From positions 1-45,539 of the forward strand of contig DASSTK010000262.1 of NCBI GenBank assembly GCA_035707945.1: 45,539 nucleotides of DNA, read 5' to 3'. This DNA comes from Sphingomonas sp. Lineage in GTDB: Bacteria > Pseudomonadota > Alphaproteobacteria > Sphingomonadales > Sphingomonadaceae. The stretch's first letter is position 1; the number at the start of each line of letters is the position of its first letter. Both the position numbers and the translations under genes were made by a program. The notes below the pieces were generated by a model. That model was not told the origin of the DNA, searched no databases, and saw only the letters and a list, made by a program, of their open reading frames with translations. Of the stretch, positions 38,819 through 45,539 are shown in pieces.

Positions 38819-38902
38819 CCGTTCGTCCTGAGCGCAGTCGGAGGACGCGCCGCAAAATCCTTCGCCCGGATCATGTGCCTCGACTGCGCTCGGCACGAAC
38901 GG
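38819..38902. repeat. CCGTTCG-family palindromic dimer (simple form)
   Basis: CCGTTCGTCCTGAGCGCAGTCGGAGGAC … GTGCCTCGACTGCGCTCGGCACGAACGG. Confidence 0.8.
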
Positions 38903-38923
38903 GAATTGAGACGGGCGTTAAAC

Positions 38924-38939
38924 TGGCACGCAGCTTGCT
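38924..38939 (+). promoter_or_regulatory. Sigma54 promoter of flgA
   Basis: TGGCACG-cagc-TTGCT. Confidence 0.85.
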
Positions 38940-38972
38940 TCGGGTGATCCCGCAAGACGGGAGCATATCCGA

Positions 38973-39512
38973 ATGGCACGTTCAGGCCCGATCCTCATCA
39001 GCCTCGCCGCGATCGGCTTCGCGGCGTCGCCCGCGCTCGCCACGGCGGGGCCGGACGGCTTCGAGAATCTGAAGCTGCTGGAGCAGCGGGTGGTCGGCGC
39101 GCTCAATGCCGATATCGGCACGCCGGGCGGCCCCGTCACCCATATCGACAGCCGGCTGAAGCTGAAGCCCTGCCCCACCCCCGCGACGATCGATCCGCCC
39201 GCGCTCGGCGCGGTGGCGATCCGCTGCGAGGCGCTCGGCTGGCGCATCCGCGTGCCGCTGATGAAGGCCAACGCGCAGGTCGCATCCGGCGGAGCGGCCG
39301 AACCCGCCGCCGCCGTGCAGCCGGTGGTCATCAAGCGCGGCGATCCCGTCGAGCTGACCGCCGCCAGCGCGGGCTTCACCGTCTCCACCGACGCGGTGGC
39401 GCAGGAGGACGGGCGCGTCGGCGGCCGCATCCGCGTCAAGACCGACAAAAGCGGGCCGGTCATCATGGCCGAGGTCGTCTCGGTCGGCCATGTCCGCGTC
39501 GCGGCGTTCTGA
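38973..39512 (+). CDS. flgA: P-ring assembly chaperone
   Basis: Signal peptide, DSRLKLKPC, C-terminal VIKRGDPV…AQEDGRVGGRIRV. Confidence 0.85.
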   Translation: MARSGPILISLAAIGFAASPALATAGPDGFENLKLLEQRVVGALNADIGTPGGPVTHIDSRLKLKPCPTPATIDPPALGAVAIRCEALGWRIRVPLMKANAQVASGGAAEPAAAVQPVVIKRGDPVELTAASAGFTVSTDAVAQEDGRVGGRIRVKTDKSGPVIMAEVVSVGHVRVAAF

Positions 39513-39524
39513 AGGGGCGGGGCG

Positions 39525-39815
39525 ATGATCAACGGCATCTCCACCGGAACCGGCGCGCTGATCGACGCGACGCGCCATAGCGGCGCGCAGCCGATCGCGA
39601 CGGGGGCTGCCTCGTCGGCCGTCAAGGCGGCCGCGCCGGAGGACAGGGCGGCCGTCTCCACCACCATCGCCTCTCTGGTCGCGGCCGGCGCGCCGATCGA
39701 CGGGGATCGCATCCAGGCGCTGCGCGCCGCGATCCGCGCCGGCAGCTACCGCCCCGATCCGCAGGCCATCGCCGGGCGCATGATCGACGGCGATCTCGCC
39801 GGAGCCGCATTGTGA
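39525..39815 (+). CDS. flgM: Anti-sigma28 factor
   Basis: PIDGDRIQALRAAIRAGSYRPDPQAIAGRMI. Confidence 0.88.
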   Translation: MINGISTGTGALIDATRHSGAQPIATGAASSAVKAAAPEDRAAVSTTIASLVAAGAPIDGDRIQALRAAIRAGSYRPDPQAIAGRMIDGDLAGAAL

Positions 39816-40135
39816 GCGCGGCCTCGATCGAAGCTCTGCTCGGCGCGCAGCGGCTGCTGATCGCCGCGCTCGACGCCGATGACGTGGACGCGATCGCGCG
39901 CGGATCGGCGGCGGTCGAGGCCGCGCTGCTCCGCGTCCGCGCCCAGCGCGACTGGCGCAAGACGCCCGATCTGCTCGCGCTGGCCGAGGAGGCGCGCACC
40001 CAGGCCGACGCCGCCCGCGCACGCGTCAACATCCTCGCCGACATGACCAGCCGCCGCCTGGCGCGGCTCGCCGCCATCGCCGGGCGCGATCGCCCCGCCG
40101 GCATCTACGGGCGCAACGGCCGGATCGCGTTGTGA
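39812..40135 (+). CDS. FlgN-like export chaperone
   Basis: Helical 107 aa, coupled to flgM (GTGA overlap), C-terminal YGRNG. Confidence 0.6.
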   Translation: MSAASIEALLGAQRLLIAALDADDVDAIARGSAAVEAALLRVRAQRDWRKTPDLLALAEEARTQADAARARVNILADMTSRRLARLAAIAGRDRPAGIYGRNGRIAL

Positions 40136-40151
40136 AGAGGCTGTTAACCAT
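40133..40151. promoter_or_regulatory. CtrA-like box upstream of the transglycosylase-flhA-fliA genes
   Basis: TGAA-N7-TTAACCAT. Confidence 0.45.
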
Positions 40152-40196
40152 TTCCGACGCAGCGTGCGCCAGGCCGATCACGGCCAAGGGGGACGC

Positions 40197-41102
40197 ATGG
40201 CTCTGACGATCATCAACGGCAACGGGGAGACCCCCGCCGCGGGCGGGCGCGTGCAGAACGCGATCCTCACCGCCGCCTCCGCCACGGGCGTCGACTTCGG
40301 CTATCTCTACAAGCAGGCGTCGATCGAGAGCGGCCTGAACCCCACCGCCTCGGCGCGCACCTCCTCGGCTTCCGGCCTCTACCAGTTCACCGAGCAGACC
40401 TGGCTCGGTGTGGTCAAGAAGCATGGCGCGGAGCACGGGCTCGATTGGGCGGCCAACGCGATCACAAAGGGATCGAACGGCCACTATTACGTCTCCGATC
40501 CGACGACGCGGCAGGAGATACTGGCGCTGCGCCAGAGCCCGGAGATGTCCGCGCAGATGGCGGGCGAATATGCCGCCGACAACAAGCAGATCCTGGAAGC
40601 CAATCTCGGCCGCCCGGCGGATTCGGTGGATCTCTACCTCGCCCACTTCCTTGGGCCGGCGGGGGCGACGCGCTTCCTCAAGGCCTATGACGCCAACCCG
40701 AACGCCAGCGCCGCCGCCGTCGATCCGGCCGCCGCGCGGGCGAACCGCTGGGTGTTCTACGACAAATCCGGCGCGGCGCGCAGCGTCGCCGAGGTCCGCG
40801 CCCGCTTCGCCGCGCGCTTCAACGAATCGAGCGCGCCGGCTCCGGCGGCCTCGTCCGCGCCGACCGATACGGAGATGGCGGCGATGCGGCTCGCGGCGCT
40901 GAACGGCGTCGGCGCGACGAGCGCGTCCCGGACGCCCGCGACGACGGCCAGCGACCTGCTCGCCAGCCTCGCCGATCCCAACAACACCATGACCACGCGC
41001 GATCTCAACCTCGCCTCGCTCAAGGCGTCCAGCGCCGCGCTCACCCCGAGCCCGCAGACCGCGCGGCTCGCCTACCTCATGCTGTCCAGCCTCGGAGTCT
41101 GA
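40197..41102 (+). CDS. Lytic transglycosylase (SLT-like domain)
   Basis: IESGLNP, SSASGLYQFTEQTW, LYLAHFLGPAGA. Confidence 0.85.
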   Translation: MALTIINGNGETPAAGGRVQNAILTAASATGVDFGYLYKQASIESGLNPTASARTSSASGLYQFTEQTWLGVVKKHGAEHGLDWAANAITKGSNGHYYVSDPTTRQEILALRQSPEMSAQMAGEYAADNKQILEANLGRPADSVDLYLAHFLGPAGATRFLKAYDANPNASAAAVDPAAARANRWVFYDKSGAARSVAEVRARFAARFNESSAPAPAASSAPTDTEMAAMRLAALNGVGATSASRTPATTASDLLASLADPNNTMTTRDLNLASLKASSAALTPSPQTARLAYLMLSSLGV

Positions 41103-41108
41103 CGAGCA

Positions 41109-43253
41109 ATGACGACCGCCGCGATCACCAAGGGCGCGATCAACAAGCGCGTGTGGCTGGATGCCGGCAAAGGGGCGATCCTGCCGATCGCCTCGCTGAT
41201 GCTGATCGCGCTGATGGTGGTGCCGATGCCCGCCGTGGCGCTGGACATCGGCTTCATCACCAACATCGTCATCTCGCTCGCCGTGCTGATGGTGGCGCTG
41301 AACGCCGCCAAGCCGCTCGATTTCTCCTCCTTCCCGACGGTGTTGCTGTTCGCGACCCTGCTGCGCCTCGCGCTCAACGTCGCCTCCACCCGCGTCGTGC
41401 TGGTCCACGGGCATGAGGGCGCGGGCGCGGCCGGGCACGTCATCGAGGCGTTCGGCAGCTTCCTGATCGGCGGCAACTACACCGTCGGCATCTTCGTGTT
41501 CGCGATCCTGATGATCATCAACCTTGTGGTCATCACCAAAGGCGCGGGGCGCGTGTCGGAGGTTTCGGCCCGTTTCACGCTGGACGCGATGCCCGGCAAG
41601 CAGATGGCGATCGACGCTGACTTGAACGCCGGCCTGCTCACTCCCGACGAGGCCAAGCAGCGCCGCCAGGAGGTGGCGACCGAAGCGGATTTCTACGGAT
41701 CGATGGACGGCGCCTCCAAGTTCGTGAAGGGCGATGCGGTCGCGGGCGTGCTGGTGCTCGCGGTCAACGTCTTGGGCGGGCTGGTGCTGGGCGTGCTGAG
41801 TCACAAGATGGCGATCGGCGATGCGGCCCGGAATTACGTGCAGCTCGCGATCGGCGACGCGCTGGTGGCGCAGATTCCGGCGCTGCTGCTCTCGATCGCG
41901 GCGGCCGCGATCGTCACCCGCGTCAATTCGCCGCTCGATCTGGGCGGGCAGATTTCCAGCCAGTTCGGATCGGCCAAAGCGTGGACGCCGGTGGCGGCGA
42001 TCCTGACGGTGCTGGGCGTGCTGCCCGGCATGCCCCACATCGTCGTGCTGCCCGCGGCGGCGGTGGCCGGCTACATCGCCTGGAAGCTCCGCAACGCCGA
42101 TGCGCTGCGCAAGGCGGAGGCCGAACTCGCCGCCAAGGCCCCGCCGCCCGCGCCCGCCAACCCGAGCGCGATCGGCTGGGACGAGGTGTCCGACGACGCG
42201 CCGCTCGGCCTCGAGATCGGCTACGGCCTCGTCGCCCTCGTCGACGATCGCAAGGGCGCGCCGCTGATGGCGCGGATCACCGGCATCCGCCGCCAGCTTT
42301 CCAAGGAGCTGGGCTTCGTCATCCCGCTGGTGCGCGTGCGCGACAATATGAACCTCGCCCCCAACGCCTATCGCATCACCGTGGCGGGCGTGGTGGTGGG
42401 CGAGGACGAATGCCACCCCAATGATCTGCTCGCGCTCGACAGCGGGGAGCTGGTCGGCCGCGTGGAGGGCCGCGCCGTCAAGGACCCCACCTTCGGGCTC
42501 GATGCGGTGTGGATCGCGCCGGACAAGCGCGGCGAGGCGGTGGTGGCGGGCTATACCGTCGTCGATCCCTCGACGGTGGTGGCGACGCATCTCAACCAGC
42601 TCATCGCCAACTCCGCCGCCGATCTGTTCGGCATGGACGAAGCGCAGAAGCTGCTGGACGCGCTCAAGGAAAGCGCGCCGCAGCTCGTTTCCGGCCTCAC
42701 CCCCAATCCGCTGCCGCTCGCCAGCATCGCCGCGCTGTGCCGCGCGCTGCTGGCCGAAGGCGTGCCGCTCAAGGATTTCCGCCGCATCGCCGAGGCGATG
42801 GCGGACGCCGCGCGCGAGGAGAGCGATCCCGTCCAGCTCGTCGAGCAGGTTCGCCGCCGGGTCGGCGCGCTGATCGTGCAGACGCTGGTGCCCGTCAGGA
42901 TGCCGCTTCCCGTCGTGACGCTCGACGCGGGGCTCGAAAGCCTGCTGACCCAGGCGGTGCGCACCGGCCCCAACGCCAACCACCCGATCGAGCCGGCGCT
43001 CGCCGGGCGCATCGTCCAGGCGGTGAGCGAGGCGGCGGGGCCGCTGATCGGGGAGGCTCGGCGCTTCGCCATCGTCACCTCGCCGATCGCGCGGCGCGCG
43101 CTCGCCCGGCTGCTGCGCCCGCACATCGCCGACGCGCCGGTGCTCTCCTTCCTCGAAATCCCGGACGGCAAGCCGGTCGAGGTGGTCGCGGTGGTCGGCG
43201 GCCAGCCCGCGCAGATCGGGCAACAGCGGCGTGAGCCGGAGCTGGTTCAGTGA
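41109..43253 (+). CDS. flhA: Flagellar export gate protein
   Basis: FPTVLL, RLALNVASTR, ARFTLDAMPGKQMAIDADL, FYGSMDGASKFVKGD. Confidence 0.97.
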   Translation: MTTAAITKGAINKRVWLDAGKGAILPIASLMLIALMVVPMPAVALDIGFITNIVISLAVLMVALNAAKPLDFSSFPTVLLFATLLRLALNVASTRVVLVHGHEGAGAAGHVIEAFGSFLIGGNYTVGIFVFAILMIINLVVITKGAGRVSEVSARFTLDAMPGKQMAIDADLNAGLLTPDEAKQRRQEVATEADFYGSMDGASKFVKGDAVAGVLVLAVNVLGGLVLGVLSHKMAIGDAARNYVQLAIGDALVAQIPALLLSIAAAAIVTRVNSPLDLGGQISSQFGSAKAWTPVAAILTVLGVLPGMPHIVVLPAAAVAGYIAWKLRNADALRKAEAELAAKAPPPAPANPSAIGWDEVSDDAPLGLEIGYGLVALVDDRKGAPLMARITGIRRQLSKELGFVIPLVRVRDNMNLAPNAYRITVAGVVVGEDECHPNDLLALDSGELVGRVEGRAVKDPTFGLDAVWIAPDKRGEAVVAGYTVVDPSTVVATHLNQLIANSAADLFGMDEAQKLLDALKESAPQLVSGLTPNPLPLASIAALCRALLAEGVPLKDFRRIAEAMADAAREESDPVQLVEQVRRRVGALIVQTLVPVRMPLPVVTLDAGLESLLTQAVRTGPNANHPIEPALAGRIVQAVSEAAGPLIGEARRFAIVTSPIARRALARLLRPHIADAPVLSFLEIPDGKPVEVVAVVGGQPAQIGQQRREPELVQ

Positions 43254-43966
43254 CCGCGCTCGCCATGACCTATCAGCGCCGCCCGGCGCGCCCCGATCCG
43301 GGGCGGCTGGTGGCCGAGCATATGCCGCTGGTCCGCAAGATCGCCTGGCATGTCCACGGCCGCGTCTCCAACGCGATCGACATCGAGGATCTGGTGCAGA
43401 TCGGCATGGTCGCGCTGGTCGAGGCCGCCAACGGCTACGAGGATCGCGGCCATGCTTTCGCCACCTACGCGGGGATGCGGGTGCGGGGCGGGATGATCGA
43501 TCATCTGCGCCGCCATGCCGCCCAGTGCCGATCGGGCATGCTCAAGCGCAAGGAGATCGCCGCCGCGCGCGCCGCGCTGGAGGCGAAGCTCGGCCGCGCC
43601 GCCACCGACGGCGAGCTGGCCGAGGCGATGGGTCTCGACGCGGCCGCCTTCCGCGAAATGGCGGACGCCGCCGAAAGCGTGCGCCATGAATCGCTGGACG
43701 AAGTCTATTCGGATCAGTCGATGTGGTTCGCGGACCTGGAGGAGCGCGGCGAGGAGGCGCTGGATCGCGAACGGCTCAAGGAGATGCTGGCGGACAGCAT
43801 CGCGAGCCTGCCCGAGCGCGAGGCGATGGTGCTCCAGCTCTATTTCGTCGAGGAATTGAACCTCGAGGAGATCGGCCAGGTGCTCGACATCGGCGCCGCG
43901 CGCGTCTGCCAGATCAAGAAGGCCGCGCTGGATCGGCTGCGCAAGAAGCTGGCCGACTGGCGCTGA
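43250..43966 (+). CDS. fliA: RNA polymerase sigma28 factor
   Basis: DLVQIGMVAL, FATYA..RVRGGMIDHLR, EELNLEEIG..L…RVCQI. Confidence 0.93.
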   Translation: MTALAMTYQRRPARPDPGRLVAEHMPLVRKIAWHVHGRVSNAIDIEDLVQIGMVALVEAANGYEDRGHAFATYAGMRVRGGMIDHLRRHAAQCRSGMLKRKEIAAARAALEAKLGRAATDGELAEAMGLDAAAFREMADAAESVRHESLDEVYSDQSMWFADLEERGEEALDRERLKEMLADSIASLPEREAMVLQLYFVEELNLEEIGQVLDIGAARVCQIKKAALDRLRKKLADWR

Positions 43967-44007
43967 CGGCGCGGCCTTTCTCCATGCCATTTGCTTAGGG
44001 ATTTCCG

Positions 44008-45539
44008 ATGGCTACCAGCTTGGAATTGGTTTTTCGCAAGGCGCGCAGCGCCGAGAGGCGCGGAGACGAGGCGGAGGCCCGCCGCCTTCTGGAAGAGGTG
44101 CTGCAATCCTATCCGAAGAACGTCACCGCCCGGCGGAGCCTCGCGCGGCTGAACGACCCCGGCGCTTCGAGCGAGGCCCCGTCACAGGCTGAGCTTCGGC
44201 GGCTGATCGAGGCGCACGAGCGCGGCGATCATGCCGAGACGATCCGGCTGGGCGAGATGCTGGCGCGCAGAGGCCCCGACATCGAAATCGTGCATACCCT
44301 GGTGGGCGCCGCGAAGCTCGACCTGCGCGATTATAGCGGGGCGGAAAAGGCCTTCGGCGAATCGGCGCGGCTTCAACCGCTGAACGCCGCCCATTACAAC
44401 AATCTGGGCATCGCGCTGCATGGGCAGGGCCGGTTGGCCGAAGCGGAGAAGGCCTGCGCCAAGGCCATCAAGCTCGATGCCGATTATGCCGATGCGCATT
44501 TCAACCTCGGCATCCTTCATGAAGACGCCGGGCGGTTCGAGGAGGCGATCGCCTGCTGCCGCACCGTGCTGCGCCTCGCGCCGGACCATGTTCCCGCCCA
44601 CTACAAGCTCGGCGTTCTTTATCGTGAGTCCAGGCGCTGGCCCGAGGCGATCGACGTCTATGTGAAGCTGCTCGCGATCGCGCCGGATCATGCCGCCGGG
44701 CTGCACGATCTCGGCAGGGCGCTGATGGGCATCGGCCATGTCGAAAGAGCGATCGATACCTTCCGGCTGGCGATCCGGGCGGAGCCGGCCAATGCCGGCC
44801 CCCATTGCGATCTGGGCCTGGCGCTGACCGCGGTGGGCAGGCTGGAGGAGGCCGCGGCGGCTTTCGCCCGCGCGACGGAATCGCTGCCTTCGCATTACGG
44901 CATCTGGGGACGGCTGCTCAACCTGCAAGCCTATCTGTGCGACTGGAGCGCGCGCCACGCCCTGCCGATGCTTCCGATCGAGACGGACCAGGGAGGCATT
45001 CCCTTCGACGCCCTGCCGTTCGAGGATGATCCTCTGCGCCAGTTGCAGCGTTCGCAAATCTATGCCGCTCGTCAGTTCCGGCCGGTGCAGGCGCCCTTCA
45101 TCGCCCCGCGACGGAATCCGGGCGGGAGAATCCGCATCGGGTATTTGTCCGCCGATTTCTACGATCACGCGACGCTTCACCTGATGTCCGGCCTGCTGCG
45201 GGAGCATGACCGATCGAGATTCGAGGTCCGCGCCTATGATTTCAGCCCGGTAGGGGGAGATGAAGGGCTGCGCAGGATCGGCGATCAGGTGGATGCGTTC
45301 ATCGATATCCGCCGCATGACCGATCGCGACGCGGTGGATCTCATCCGAAGCCATGATCTCGACCTCGCGATCGATCTGAAAGGCTACACCAAGGATTGCC
45401 GCGCCCAGATCCTCGCGGAGCGGATCGCGCCGGTCCAGATCAGCTATCTCGGTTATCCGGGTTCGCTGGGCGCGGATTTCATGGATTATCTCATAGCCGA
45501 TCCGGTGGTCGTGCCCGCCGGGGACGAGCGCTATTACAG
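44008..45539 (+). CDS. TPR-repeat O-GlcNAc transferase-like (GT41/SPINDLY) protein, 3'-truncated by the window
   Basis: Open frame from ATG 44008 to the end; TPRs (YNNLGIAL, AHFNLG) then RIGYLSADFYDH, DLKGYT, APVQISYLGYPGS, DYLIAD. Confidence 0.9.
   Translation, partial: MATSLELVFRKARSAERRGDEAEARRLLEEVLQSYPKNVTARRSLARLNDPGASSEAPSQAELRRLIEAHERGDHAETIRLGEMLARRGPDIEIVHTLVGAAKLDLRDYSGAEKAFGESARLQPLNAAHYNNLGIALHGQGRLAEAEKACAKAIKLDADYADAHFNLGILHEDAGRFEEAIACCRTVLRLAPDHVPAHYKLGVLYRESRRWPEAIDVYVKLLAIAPDHAAGLHDLGRALMGIGHVERAIDTFRLAIRAEPANAGPHCDLGLALTAVGRLEEAAAAFARATESLPSHYGIWGRLLNLQAYLCDWSARHALPMLPIETDQGGIPFDALPFEDDPLRQLQRSQIYAARQFRPVQAPFIAPRRNPGGRIRIGYLSADFYDHATLHLMSGLLREHDRSRFEVRAYDFSPVGGDEGLRRIGDQVDAFIDIRRMTDRDAVDLIRSHDLDLAIDLKGYTKDCRAQILAERIAPVQISYLGYPGSLGADFMDYLIADPVVVPAGDERYY

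Noticed and set aside
40026-43223. 1065-aa minus-strand ORF, and similar long ORFs at 4433-6898, 10591-12831, 17102-19288 and 3069-4817
   Set aside because: Antisense or off-frame shadows of clear genes in high-GC DNA; Arg/Gly/Ala-rich with no recognisable motifs.

Overview
GC-rich alphaproteobacterial chromosome segment, most likely Sphingomonadaceae (inferred from gene content, promoter motifs and repeat types). The left 26.7 kb is housekeeping and stress genes: DUF3297, acnA, ygfZ, pyrC, an ABC exporter, phaZ, a dgcA-like epimerase, mscS, topoisomerase IB, pfpI, a SPOR/TPR protein, dgt, a TacA-like activator, a small cox subunit IV ORF, pntAA-pntAB-pntB and a hemerythrin protein. The right 19 kb is a sigma54/sigma28-type flagellar cluster (motAB, flgB-L, a second divergent stator pair, flgA/M/N, a lytic transglycosylase, flhA, fliA) followed by a truncated TPR-GT41 glycosyltransferase. 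The most notable feature is a DUF559 (Vsr-like) endonuclease gene bracketed by three CCTCCCC/GGGGAGGAT palindromic units and inserted between pntAA and pntAB. This is a REP/RAYT-like layout with a non-transposase nuclease. Two further dispersed palindrome families occupy intergenic gaps, one of which nests inside itself. Candidate regulatory sites include face-to-face sigma28/sigma54 promoters, back-to-back EcfG promoters, paired Fur-like boxes and CtrA-like boxes. No rRNA, tRNA, CRISPR array or IS transposase was recognised. All family calls come from motif recognition, not database searches.
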